Origin: Candidatus Wildermuthbacteria bacterium RIFOXYD1_FULL_50_12
GTDB taxonomy: Bacteria; Patescibacteriota; Minisyncoccia; Minisyncoccales; UBA10102
NCBI GenBank assembly: GCA_001825035.1
Contig: MHUO01000004.1
Coordinates: 155,476 to 219,475, forward strand
Length of the DNA stretch: 64,000 nucleotides
Direction of reading: 5' to 3'
Below the pieces are notes generated by a model. It ran no database searches. It had not been told where the DNA came from and saw only the letters and a program-made list of their open reading frames with translations. The translations under genes were made by a program, and so were the position numbers. Of the stretch, positions 44,949-54,396 are shown in pieces (position 1 is the stretch's first letter; every line of letters begins with the position of its first letter).

Positions 44949-46301
44949 ATGCAAAGATGGAGGGTAGTTAGTATTGTTGCTCTCGCGCTTCTGGCAGGGG
45001 TGGCTGCCGGATTTTTTGTTTTCCCAGAGCAGGTTAATCTCCGGCTCGCAAAGCTTCCAGGCAGCCCACAAGTTCCCGTGATACCGTTTCGTTTGGGACT
45101 GGATTTGCAGGGAGGCGTGCACTTGGTATACGAGGCGGATCTGTCTCGGGTGGATTCTGCTGATTATGACTCTGCTACGGAAGGACTGCGCGATATCATT
45201 GAGCGGCGCGTGAATATTTTTGGCGCCAAAGAATCCGTAGTGCAGATTGAGGGCGGGGGAGACGACCGGCGCCTCATCGTGGAAATTGCCGGAGCAGTTG
45301 ACGCTGGAGAAGCCATCGAAATGATTGGGCGAGCACCGTTTCTTGAGTTTCGGGAGCTGAAGAGGGATTACGAAGAAATCGTTCAAAGAAATCAACAAGT
45401 ACTTGAAAGCGGAGAGGATCCGCCAGCTGGCGGATTTGAGAATATCTATGTTTCTACCCAACTCAACGGAAGTTTTCTCCAGCGCGCCGAGGTGGGGTTT
45501 GAGCAAGTAACGCAAAGTCCCAATATTCTTTTGACGTTCAATGACGAGGGAGCGCGCCTTTTTCAAGAAATAACCGGCCGCAACGTGGGTAAACCTCTCG
45601 CGATTTTTTTGGACAACGAATTGCTTGAGGAGCCGGTTGTGCGGGGGGAAATTTCAGGTGGCAAGGCGCAGATTACGGGACAATTTACTTTGGAAGAGGC
45701 GCGTCAGTTCGTGCGCGATCTCAACGCGGGCGCCGTGCCGGTTTCTATCTCTCTACTTTCTCAGCAGACAGTTGGGCCTACACTCGGCAAGGTGTCGTTA
45801 GCGCAGAGTCTAAAGGCAGGGATTATCGGATTTTTCCTCGTGGTGGCTTTTATGATCGCGTTCTATAGAGTTCCGGGCGCTCTGGCGATTTTGACGCTTT
45901 CCTTGTATGGAGTGTTTTTGCTGTTTTTGTTAAAGATCTTCGGGCTTACCTTTACCTTGGCAGGAATTGCAGGTATCATTCTTTCCATAGGCATGGCGGT
46001 GGATGCTAATATTCTTATTTTTTCAAGATTTCGCGAAGAGATGGACGAAGGCAAATCATTTTCCGTGAGCATGGAAGAAGGTTTTCGCAGGGCATGGCCT
46101 TCCATTCGCGATGGAAACGTTACCACCCTGCTTGCGGCATTCATTCTTTTCTGGTTCGGTACCTCTTTCGTACAGGGGTTTGCGCTTACCTTGGCTGTCG
46201 GCATTTTTGTGAGCATGTTTTCCGCGATTTTCGTGACCAAGAACTTTATGCGCTTGTTCATAAACACGCGACTTGAGAAAATTGCGTGGCTGTGGAAATA
46301 G
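44949..46301 (+). CDS. secD: Protein translocase subunit SecD
   Basis: LGLDLQGGVHLVYEAD and a C-terminal RND-like 6-TM domain. Start at internal ATG 44949. Confidence 0.85.
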   Translation: MQRWRVVSIVALALLAGVAAGFFVFPEQVNLRLAKLPGSPQVPVIPFRLGLDLQGGVHLVYEADLSRVDSADYDSATEGLRDIIERRVNIFGAKESVVQIEGGGDDRRLIVEIAGAVDAGEAIEMIGRAPFLEFRELKRDYEEIVQRNQQVLESGEDPPAGGFENIYVSTQLNGSFLQRAEVGFEQVTQSPNILLTFNDEGARLFQEITGRNVGKPLAIFLDNELLEEPVVRGEISGGKAQITGQFTLEEARQFVRDLNAGAVPVSISLLSQQTVGPTLGKVSLAQSLKAGIIGFFLVVAFMIAFYRVPGALAILTLSLYGVFLLFLLKIFGLTFTLAGIAGIILSIGMAVDANILIFSRFREEMDEGKSFSVSMEEGFRRAWPSIRDGNVTTLLAAFILFWFGTSFVQGFALTLAVGIFVSMFSAIFVTKNFMRLFINTRLEKIAWLWK

Positions 46302-46302
46302 T

Positions 46303-47181
46303 ATGAAGATTTTAGATTATTCCAAATATTGTCTCTTTCTTTCCGTTGTTTTGGTTGTCGCGAGCATATTCGCCATTGCGGTTTTTGGATTGAAACCCGG
46401 CATTGAGTTCACGGGAGGGAGCATATTGGGGGTGGAATATGCAAAAGAGCGTCCTTCTCTGGAGTTCGTGCGCGGCCGACTTGCCGGCATGGACGTGGGT
46501 TTGGTTTCTGCTCAGGAGGCGGGTGAGCAGGGGATTATTCTTCGTATGAGAGATCTTTCGGAAAAACAGCATCAAGCGGTATTGACTGTTCTCGGGTCAG
46601 ATGCGCGGGAGGTGCGTTTTGAATCCATTGGGCCGGTTATCGGCAAAGAGTTGAGAGGGAAATCACTCATTCTTTTGATGCTCGTCCTCGGAGCCATTAC
46701 TCTCTACGTTATGTTCGCCTTCAGAAAAATGAGACAGCCCGTGCATCCTTTTCGCTGGAGCTTGGCAGCTCTTGTGGCATTGCTGCACGATATCTTGATT
46801 CCTCTTGGCGCACTTGCCGTTTTGGGCGCAATGTACGGCGAACAGATTACGATTCCCGTGGTTGTTGCGCTTTTGACCGTGGCGGGTTATTCCGTAAACG
46901 ACACGGTGGTGATATTTGACCGCATACGAGAGAATTTCCTTAAAAAAACGGGGACTGATTTTGCAGACACGGTTCGTAAGGGCTTGGAGCAGACGCTCGT
47001 CCGCTCCGTGAATACTTCCCTTACCACGTTGCTTGTGGTGCTTGCCATTGTATTCTTCGGAGGAGAAACGCTCCGGCTTTTCGCGCTTACTTTGGCAATA
47101 GGCATGGGAGCAGGGGTATGGTCTTCTTTGTTTGTTGCTCCCTTTGTCTTGACGAGAAAAGGAAAGTTTGGTTTAATCTAG
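46303..47181 (+). CDS. secF: Protein translocase subunit SecF
   Basis: GIEFTGGS and HDILIPLG. Start at internal ATG 46303. Confidence 0.85.
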   Translation: MKILDYSKYCLFLSVVLVVASIFAIAVFGLKPGIEFTGGSILGVEYAKERPSLEFVRGRLAGMDVGLVSAQEAGEQGIILRMRDLSEKQHQAVLTVLGSDAREVRFESIGPVIGKELRGKSLILLMLVLGAITLYVMFAFRKMRQPVHPFRWSLAALVALLHDILIPLGALAVLGAMYGEQITIPVVVALLTVAGYSVNDTVVIFDRIRENFLKKTGTDFADTVRKGLEQTLVRSVNTSLTTLLVVLAIVFFGGETLRLFALTLAIGMGAGVWSSLFVAPFVLTRKGKFGLI

Positions 47182-47183
47182 GA

Positions 47184-48239
47184 ATGGCTATTCCATACGA
47201 AAGATTAACTGCCGCCCTTGTCGCCGATTTGCATCCTCGGACGCAAGATGTGCTAATGAGGAGATTTGGGTTGCAAGCTGAGGAATCGGAAACGCTGGAG
47301 GCAATCGGTCAGAGCCACGGCATAACGAGAGAGCGGGTGCGCCAAATCGTGGAAGACGGTTTGGCTCAGGTGAAAGAGGCGGCTGCCCGCAGGAGGGAGC
47401 GAGAGAAGTTGGAGGAAATTTATGAGCAACTTGGCGCGATCCTTGGGAAGTCAGGTTATGTGAAACGGCAGGATCTTCTCGTGCGGGAAGCGGGAGCTCC
47501 GGAAGCCGCAAACTCCATCATTTTCCTTTTGCATTTGGGAGACAGGTTTTATAGGCACAAAGAAACCGAATACGCGCATCCGTTTTGGGCAAGCAAAAAA
47601 GAGCTCGTGGAAATCAGTCCTCGGCTTTTGGAAGCAATCTGCGCATATTTGCGAGAGCGGGGAGAGGTGCTTGAATTTGAGCATTTGGTGCAAGCGCATA
47701 GTTCCCATGATGGCGAGAAGCTTTCTCCGCGCACGTTAGCTTCCTTGCTTGAGATCTCCAAGTTCATCGGCAGGACGCACAACGGAAAATGGGGACTGCT
47801 GGAGTGGCCCGAAGTATACCCGAGGGGGATGCGCGATAAGGCCTATGTCGCGCTTTGCGACGCGGGCAAGCCCCTGCATTTTATTGAAGTGGCAAAACAC
47901 ATAGAGCAGTTGCAAGAATCGCTTGATGAGCAATTGGGCAATTGGAGGAAAAGGGCGGTGCTCCCCCAGACCGTTCACAACGAGCTCATCAAGGATCCCC
48001 GCTTTGTGCTTGTGGGAAGGGGAACATACGCGCTCCAGGATTGGGGATACAGGCCGGGAACCGTGAAAGATGTGATTATGAGCATTTTGCGGGAAAGCGG
48101 ACAGGCACTGCCCAAGGAAGAAATCATAGAGAAAACACTGAGCCAGCGCCAAGTAAAGGAGAGTACCATTCTCTTGGCTCTCCAGGACAAGACCTGCTTT
48201 GTCCGCGAAGGCGGCGGCTATATCTGCATTGGGGAATAG
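47184..48239 (+). CDS. Sigma-70 region 4 (HTH) domain-containing protein with C-terminal uncharacterised domain
   Basis: TLEAIGQSHGITRERVRQIVEDGLAQV matches sigma-70 region 4.2. Confidence 0.55.
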   Translation: MAIPYERLTAALVADLHPRTQDVLMRRFGLQAEESETLEAIGQSHGITRERVRQIVEDGLAQVKEAAARRREREKLEEIYEQLGAILGKSGYVKRQDLLVREAGAPEAANSIIFLLHLGDRFYRHKETEYAHPFWASKKELVEISPRLLEAICAYLRERGEVLEFEHLVQAHSSHDGEKLSPRTLASLLEISKFIGRTHNGKWGLLEWPEVYPRGMRDKAYVALCDAGKPLHFIEVAKHIEQLQESLDEQLGNWRKRAVLPQTVHNELIKDPRFVLVGRGTYALQDWGYRPGTVKDVIMSILRESGQALPKEEIIEKTLSQRQVKESTILLALQDKTCFVREGGGYICIGE

Positions 48240-48300
48240 GAAGCCCTGCGAAGAACAGGGCTTTATTTTTATAAGCGAGAAAGTGTAGTATAATAGGGAA

Positions 48301-49617
48301 ATGGAGACGATTTGGCAAATTTTCCTGCCAATTTTCCAATTTTTTTGGCAGTTTTTAAAAACGTGGTGGTGGGTGTTTGCTCCCTTTGTGCTTTTGTCTC
48401 AAGCCAAGTACTTTTGGCGTTGGTGGCGCACGTATCGGTTTGAACTGACTTTGAGAAGGATTGTGCTGGAGATTAAATTGCCTCCTGACGTGGAAAAGCC
48501 CATCAAAGCAATGGAGAGCGTGTTTGCGGGCTGGTGGCAGATACACGATCCCCCCAACTTCCGGGAAATATGGCTGGACGGAGAGTATCAGCTTGGATTC
48601 AGCTTGGAAGTCGTTTCCACCGAGGGCGCCGTGCATTTTTACATGCGCATACCCGACGAGTCGCGCAGGATTATGGAAGCCGCGCTCTACGCCCAGTTTC
48701 CGGACGCCGAGCTCATAGAGGTAGACGATTACACAAAAGCGGTTCCCCAGAACGTGCCCAATAAGGATTGGCGCATGTGGGGGGCAACTATTAAGCTTGC
48801 AAAGTCGGACGTTTATCCGCTTCGCACGTATAAACACTTTTTTGAAGAGCGGGAAGATATACGGCCGGAACAGCGGGTGGATCCGGTGGCTCAATTGGTG
48901 GAAGGAATGGCAAAGCTCGGCGAAGGAGAGCATTTGTGGCTGCAGTTTCTGCTGACTCCCCGCGCCCCCAACGAGACGGATTTTGTGGAGCGGGGCAAGG
49001 CAGAAGTTGATAAGCTCGTGCATCGCGTGGCCGAAACCGGAAAGAAACCCACCATCCCTATTTCCGAGGACATTCGCGCCGTGGGTCATATGCTCGCGAC
49101 CGGCGAGGATACCGAGCGGCAGATGGTCGGAGGAATAGAAGAGGAGCGGGGGTTAATGGCCCCCGAACTCCGCTTAACGACAGGGGAGCGGGAAGTGGTG
49201 TCTGCTATTGAAGAAAAAACCAGCAAACAAACTTTCAGGACGACCCTGCGATATATTTACCTTGCGAGAACCGAGAAATATCAAGGCGTTACTAAGGTAC
49301 TTCCGTTTCAGTACTTCCAGCAGTTCAACACGGCAAACCTCAATTTTATCCGAGCTCTGCAAACCACCAAGGTGTACACGGTAAGAACGTTTTTCTGGGA
49401 CGAACGGAGACGATACATCAGGCGGAGGCGTCTGTTTCGGCTGTACTGCTCGCGCGATAACTTCTACTGGCCCAGAGGAGGGGGGATGTTTATGATGACT
49501 ATAGACGAGCTGGCGACTATGTTGCATTTCCCGAGCAGGGGTGCGGTTCCTTCAGAAGCCGTGCCGCGCGTGGAGACCAAAAAAGGAGAGGCGCCTTCCG
49601 GATTGCCCTTTGAGTAA
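48301..49617 (+). CDS. Membrane protein (2 N-terminal TM helices plus large soluble domain), partner of the downstream ATPase
   Basis: IFLPIFQFFWQFLKTWWWVFAPFVLL hydrophobic N-terminus. No known catalytic motif. Confidence 0.4.
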   Translation: METIWQIFLPIFQFFWQFLKTWWWVFAPFVLLSQAKYFWRWWRTYRFELTLRRIVLEIKLPPDVEKPIKAMESVFAGWWQIHDPPNFREIWLDGEYQLGFSLEVVSTEGAVHFYMRIPDESRRIMEAALYAQFPDAELIEVDDYTKAVPQNVPNKDWRMWGATIKLAKSDVYPLRTYKHFFEEREDIRPEQRVDPVAQLVEGMAKLGEGEHLWLQFLLTPRAPNETDFVERGKAEVDKLVHRVAETGKKPTIPISEDIRAVGHMLATGEDTERQMVGGIEEERGLMAPELRLTTGEREVVSAIEEKTSKQTFRTTLRYIYLARTEKYQGVTKVLPFQYFQQFNTANLNFIRALQTTKVYTVRTFFWDERRRYIRRRRLFRLYCSRDNFYWPRGGGMFMMTIDELATMLHFPSRGAVPSEAVPRVETKKGEAPSGLPFE

Positions 49618-49623
49618 TGCGAT

Positions 49624-51261
49624 ATGGAAGAAATCAATTTTTTCGGAGAAACAAATTTTCGGAATATGCGGCGGAAATTCGGCATTAAGGTTGACGACCG
49701 GCGCCGCCATTTTTACGTGATTGGGAAAACCGGCATGGGCAAAACTGAAATGCTGAAAAACATGGCCGTACAGGATATAAAGTTGGGCCACGGAATCGGT
49801 TTTGTGGATCCGCACGGAGAAGCGGTGGAAGAACTTCTGGATTTCGTTCCCGAAGCGCGCGTGAAAGACGTTGTCTATTTTAATCCTGCGGATACCGAGC
49901 ATCCGATCGCTTTTAACGTCATGGAACAGGTGGATCCAGACAAGCGGCACATGGTGGCTTCAGGATTGATGTCGGTGTTCAAGAAAATTTGGCCCGACGT
50001 GTGGTCCGCCCGCATGGAGTATATTTTGAATAATGTGGTGCTTGCGCTCCTGGAGTATCCGGACTCCACGCTTTTGGGCATCAATCGAATGCTGGCCGAC
50101 CCCGAATACCGCCAGAAAGTGGTGGACTATGTGAAAGACCCCGTGGTAAAGACGTTTTGGTTGCAGGAATATGCGAGATACACCCAGCGTTACGAAGTGG
50201 AAGCAACGGCCGCCGTGCAGAATAAGGTTGGGCAGCTCACGTCCAACCCCTTAATCAGAAATATCGTAGGGCAGACGCGATCCTCCATTGATATGCGCAA
50301 GGTAATGGATGAAAAGAAAATTCTTCTCGTGAATATTTCAAAGGGACGCATCGGCGAAGATACCTCCCGACTTATCGGTGGGCTTTTGATTACCAAACTT
50401 CAGTTAGCCGCAATGTCTCGCGTGGATATTCCAGAAGAGGAACGAGAGGATTTCTTTCTGTACATTGACGAGTTTCAGCATTTTGCCACGGAGAGTTTCG
50501 TAAACATTCTCTCTGAAGCAAGGAAATACCGCCTTTCCTTAATTTTGAGCCATCAGTATATTGCCCAGCTTGGAGTAGGAACGGAGGCAAAGGTGAGAGA
50601 TGCGGTGTTTGGGAACGTGGGAACCATTGTGTCCTTTCGCATCGGAGCAGAGGATGCCGAGGCCTTAGAGAAAGAATTCTTCCCCGAGTTCACGGCAATT
50701 GACTTTATGAACCTCGGTAAATATACCATATATGTAAAACTGATGATTGAGGGGGTGGCATCTCGGCCCTTTTCCGCAAACACTCTTCCGCCACCTTCGC
50801 CGCTCGAACGTTCCTGGCGTCAAGAAGTCATTCAGTTTTCGCGGGAACAGTATGCGAGCGCGGCTTCCAAAGTAGAGCAAGGTATTATGGAATGGACTGG
50901 CGTGGGGGCGATGGGGGCGATGCCCGTTGCTCTTGCTTCAGTCCAGCCGCAGGTGCTGTACGATGCAAGATGCTCAAAGTGCGGTAAGGATACCAAGGTG
51001 GTATTTCCTCCCGACGGCAAGAGGCCGGTGTACTGCAAGTCCTGCCGGAAAAAATTGAAGCGGAAAGGAGAAAGCGATCGTCCGCGCACGCCCGAGGAAC
51101 AAGGAGTCAAGAAAAAGAGGGATACGCAAGGATTAAAGCAAGTGCTGCAGGAGGCCTTGCGCAAGGTCAATCAGGGCTCTCCAGCTTTGAATCTGAAAGA
51201 AGAACTCGGCGGCAAAGAAGGAGTATTAAAACCCGGGGAAACCGTGCGTTTTGACCAATGA
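49624..51261 (+). CDS. TraD/TrwB/VirD4-like (FtsK-HerA superfamily) P-loop ATPase with C-terminal zinc ribbon
   Basis: Walker A FYVIGKTGMGKT, Walker B LYIDEFQHFA, SHQYIAQL (TrwB/TraD-like), and C-terminal CSKCG...CKSC. Confidence 0.55.
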   Translation: MEEINFFGETNFRNMRRKFGIKVDDRRRHFYVIGKTGMGKTEMLKNMAVQDIKLGHGIGFVDPHGEAVEELLDFVPEARVKDVVYFNPADTEHPIAFNVMEQVDPDKRHMVASGLMSVFKKIWPDVWSARMEYILNNVVLALLEYPDSTLLGINRMLADPEYRQKVVDYVKDPVVKTFWLQEYARYTQRYEVEATAAVQNKVGQLTSNPLIRNIVGQTRSSIDMRKVMDEKKILLVNISKGRIGEDTSRLIGGLLITKLQLAAMSRVDIPEEEREDFFLYIDEFQHFATESFVNILSEARKYRLSLILSHQYIAQLGVGTEAKVRDAVFGNVGTIVSFRIGAEDAEALEKEFFPEFTAIDFMNLGKYTIYVKLMIEGVASRPFSANTLPPPSPLERSWRQEVIQFSREQYASAASKVEQGIMEWTGVGAMGAMPVALASVQPQVLYDARCSKCGKDTKVVFPPDGKRPVYCKSCRKKLKRKGESDRPRTPEEQGVKKKRDTQGLKQVLQEALRKVNQGSPALNLKEELGGKEGVLKPGETVRFDQ

Positions 51262-52373
51262 TCCCTACGCTTAAAGATGTTGAAATTCAAGGGAGGCGAG
51301 TTCTGGTTCGCGCAAGCTTGAATGTCCCCGTGGAGAATGGAGTAATCCAAGATGATTTTCGCCTGCGGGAAAGTACGGCAACCATCCGTTTCCTTACGGA
51401 ACGCAACGCCAAATGCGTGGTGTTTGGGCATTTGGGGAGACCAGCACCAATCTGGGAAATCCACCCCGTCATCCGACAGGGTGCCCCGTCGCATGACGGG
51501 GCAGATCCAAAAGAACTCAGCCTCTCGCCGATTGCAAAGCGGATGGAGGAGCTTTTAGGGAAAGAGGTAAAGTTTCTTGCAGATCCCATCGGAGAAGGGG
51601 TGCGAAAACGCATTGAGGCGGTGCAATTCGGAGATGTTGCGCTGCTCGAGAATATTCGCTTTTACTACGGAGAGAAGGAGAATGATCCTGTTTTTGCCAA
51701 GCACCTTGCGGCATTGGGAGATTTGTATGTCAATGACGCGTTTGCCGTTTGCCATCGGGCGCATGCTTCTGTTGTGGGGCTCCCTCCTTTGCTTCCTTCT
51801 GCCATGGGTCTGCTTTTGGAAAAAGAGGTGAGCGTGTTGGGGAAAATTCGAGAGAGGCCCGAAAAACCGATGGTTGTTGTGGTGGGTGGAGCGAAAGTGG
51901 AAACAAAAGCCGCTTTTTTGACAGCAATATCAAAGCATGCCGATGTGATTCTCCTGGGCAACCTCATTTCAGAAGAAATCAAAGAAAAAGGCCTGCCTGC
52001 CGGTAGGCAGGGACTGCAGGTTGTCGAGGATGCGGAGCTGGTATATGCGACAGACGGGGTGGATGGCGGCTTTGATCTCGGTCCGGACACCGTTCAGCGC
52101 TTCATCGGAAAAATGAAAGGGGCAAGAACGATTTTTTGGGCGGGACCTTTGGGTAAGATAGAAGAGGAGAAGTATGAAAAAGGATCGCTTGCAGTCGCAG
52201 AGGCCATTCTCAAAAGCGGCGCGTTTGCAGTGGCAGGAGGAGGAGATTTAGGAGCATTCTTGAATAAACACAATCTTCGGGAGAAATTCGACCATGTGTC
52301 TACGGGCGGGGGAGCCATGCTCGCCTTTTTAGCCGGCGAAAAACTTCCGGGTTTGGAGGCATTGGAACAATGA
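51258..52373 (+). CDS. pgk: Phosphoglycerate kinase
   Basis: RVLVRASLNVPVENGVIQDDFRL N-terminus and C-terminal GGGA motif. Confidence 0.85.
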   Translation: MIPTLKDVEIQGRRVLVRASLNVPVENGVIQDDFRLRESTATIRFLTERNAKCVVFGHLGRPAPIWEIHPVIRQGAPSHDGADPKELSLSPIAKRMEELLGKEVKFLADPIGEGVRKRIEAVQFGDVALLENIRFYYGEKENDPVFAKHLAALGDLYVNDAFAVCHRAHASVVGLPPLLPSAMGLLLEKEVSVLGKIRERPEKPMVVVVGGAKVETKAAFLTAISKHADVILLGNLISEEIKEKGLPAGRQGLQVVEDAELVYATDGVDGGFDLGPDTVQRFIGKMKGARTIFWAGPLGKIEEEKYEKGSLAVAEAILKSGAFAVAGGGDLGAFLNKHNLREKFDHVSTGGGAMLAFLAGEKLPGLEALEQ

Positions 52374-53524
52374 AAATCAAAAACTTAACAAAGGCCGCCA
52401 ATAGGGTTCAAAAGGCGATCGCTCAAGAAGAGCGCATTATTTTATATGGCGACGCGGACTTGGACGGCGTTACTGCCGTGCTCATAGCAGACGAAGCTAT
52501 CAAGAGCTTGGGGGGAAAGGTGGCGGCATACTATTTTCCAGAGCGTGAAAAAGAAGGGTATGGAGTAACACGAAAAGCGCTGAAACATCTCAAGCAGTAT
52601 GCCCCCGGCCTGCTGATTACTTTTGACTTGGGAATTTCCAATTTTGAGGAAATTCCTTTGGCAAAAAAACTCGGCTTTAGCGTGATTGTGATGGATCATC
52701 ACAAGGCCCTGGGAAAGTTGCCCAAAGCAGATATTATTGTAGACCCCAAGCAACCTGGCGAAAAGTATCCGTTTAAGGAATTCGCGGCGTGCGGCTTATC
52801 TTTGCAGCTCGCAAAAGCGCTCCTCGGCAAAAAAATGTCAGACACCTTATACCAAAGCATGGTAGAATTAGCGGCAGTGGGCACGATAGCGGACATGATG
52901 GCGCGCGAACAGGACAACTCGCAGATTATTCAGGATGGCCTGGACGCGCTTCCGTATTCTTGGCGGCCCGGCATCCGGGCATTTTTGGAGTCCGATATCT
53001 TCGGGGACGACGCGTCCTTGGAGCAAAAAGTTCAGCATATGATTGCCATACTCAACGTGCGCGACACCAAAAACCGGCGGCCCGGTGCATTCCGCTTGCT
53101 TTCCTGCCCTTCTCTGCCCAAAGCAAAGCGGACGATTGACGATTTTGTGGAAAAGCACAAACTTCGGAGAGAGCGGGTTGATCGCGCCGCAGATGAGATT
53201 CGTATGCGCATATTCCACAAAAAAGCGGATCCCTGGGTGTTTGAAGGGGACGCGGCGTTTGAATATGTGCTGCTGGGTGCGCTGGCTTCCATCATATCGC
53301 AAGAAACCCAAAAGCCGGCCTTCATTTACACAAAAAGCAAAACGACTCTCCTGGGCAGCGTTCGCGCGCCCTCAGGGCATGACACGGTAAAAGCGATGCA
53401 GTCATGCCGCGAATTTTTGGATACGTACGGCGGTCATCCCCAAGCATCCGGATTCCAGACAACTGCGGACAAGGAAAAAGATTTGCGAGCTTGCCTCACT
53501 CAATATTTCCAAAAGAATAAGTGA
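52370..53524 (+). CDS. DHH-family phosphoesterase (NrnA/RecJ-like)
   Basis: DADLDGVTA and MDHHK (DHH motif). Confidence 0.7.
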   Translation: MKIKNLTKAANRVQKAIAQEERIILYGDADLDGVTAVLIADEAIKSLGGKVAAYYFPEREKEGYGVTRKALKHLKQYAPGLLITFDLGISNFEEIPLAKKLGFSVIVMDHHKALGKLPKADIIVDPKQPGEKYPFKEFAACGLSLQLAKALLGKKMSDTLYQSMVELAAVGTIADMMAREQDNSQIIQDGLDALPYSWRPGIRAFLESDIFGDDASLEQKVQHMIAILNVRDTKNRRPGAFRLLSCPSLPKAKRTIDDFVEKHKLRRERVDRAADEIRMRIFHKKADPWVFEGDAAFEYVLLGALASIISQETQKPAFIYTKSKTTLLGSVRAPSGHDTVKAMQSCREFLDTYGGHPQASGFQTTADKEKDLRACLTQYFQKNK

Positions 53525-53525
53525 T

Positions 53526-53966
53526 ATGAGGATATTTGTCATTCATGCAGACGGCGGAGCGAGAGGAAATCCCGGCCCTGCGGCCATCGGCGCCGTCATC
53601 GAAGACGAAAAGGGAAAAGTTCTAAAAGAGATTTCAGAGTACATTGGCGAGACCACGAATAACGAAGCAGAATATCGGGCCGTTATTACAGCTCTCAAAA
53701 AGCTCAAGGCACTCATTGGAAAAGCAGAAGCAAAGAAAGCGCACGTGTGGATATATGCAGATTCTGAATTGCTTGTTCAGCAAATGAACGGCCATTATAA
53801 AATTGATAACGCGAATATCCAGAAGTTTTTCTTGGAGCTTTGGAATTTGAAAATAGATTTTGGTAAGGCAACATTTGAGGCGGTACCCCGGGCGCAAAAC
53901 AGAGAGGCCGATCGATTGGTGAACGCCGCGCTTGACGAGAAAATCCGACCCCAAAAACTTTTCTAA
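53526..53966 (+). CDS. rnhA: Ribonuclease HI
   Basis: IHADGGARGNPGPAA and TNNEAEY. Confidence 0.85.
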   Translation: MRIFVIHADGGARGNPGPAAIGAVIEDEKGKVLKEISEYIGETTNNEAEYRAVITALKKLKALIGKAEAKKAHVWIYADSELLVQQMNGHYKIDNANIQKFFLELWNLKIDFGKATFEAVPRAQNREADRLVNAALDEKIRPQKLF

Positions 53967-54002
53967 CGAAAAACCGCCCTGAGCGTAGTCGAATGGACGG
54001 CT

Positions 54003-54338
54003 TTTCGTGTCGGAGGAAACCTATAAGCCGAATTCTGTCCTCCCGCTTTCGCGGAATGGGCAATCATCTATCTGTCTCGTACATTACTGCACGGATCAAG
54101 CGAGTTGTTTTTCACAGAAGCTCCGCATGAAAGCAGCTCTTCTGATCCACTCTTGCACTCTACACGGATTTAGCCGTTTCACCCCCGAAGTTGCCTTCGG
54201 GGCTCGTCTCTGTTCGCACCGCTCGCCTTACGGCGGCCGGGTGTTACCCGGAGTAGTTGATCCGCCAACTGGCGGAGAGTGTTCGGACTTTCCTCCCCGC
54301 CAACTGGCGGGGCAATTGCCCAGCTTCCTCCGACGCCG
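54003..54338 (-). ncRNA. rnpB: RNase P RNA (rnpB), bacterial type A-like
   Basis: The minus strand reads ...GGCGUCGGAGGAAGCUGGGCAAUUGCCCCGCCAGUUGGCGGGGAGGAAAGUCCGAAC... (P1, P2, P3 hairpin, CR-I GGAAAGUCCG) and ...GACAGAAUUCGGCUUAUAGGUUUCCUCCGAC (CR-V ACAGAAnnCGGCUUA, then the P1 3' strand). Ends are approximate. Confidence 0.75.
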
Positions 54339-54340
54339 TT

Positions 54341-54369
54341 ATTCTACCAACGTGCTTTGGATTTGTCAA
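54341..54369 (-). promoter_or_regulatory. Consensus promoter TTGACA-17-TAGAAT for rnpB (minus strand)
   Basis: Minus-strand TTGACA is the complement of 54364-54369, and TAGAAT the complement of 54341-54346. The predicted TSS falls at the start of the P1 5' strand. Confidence 0.6.
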
Positions 54370-54390
54370 GATGAGAAATTTGCGTATAAT
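54363..54390 (+). promoter_or_regulatory. Promoter TTGTCA-16-TATAAT for murJ (plus strand), sharing its -35 hexamer region with the rnpB promoter
   Basis: TTGTCA at 54363-54368, TATAAT at 54385-54390. ATG 54397 sits 7 nt downstream, so the mRNA would be leaderless. Confidence 0.55.
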
Positions 54391-54396
54391 AGACAG

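Noticed and set aside
54007-54396. N-terminal 130 codons of track ORF 54007..56040
   Set aside because: This stretch is the RNase P RNA gene read in an open frame. The real murJ start is ATG 54397, directly after a TATAAT box.
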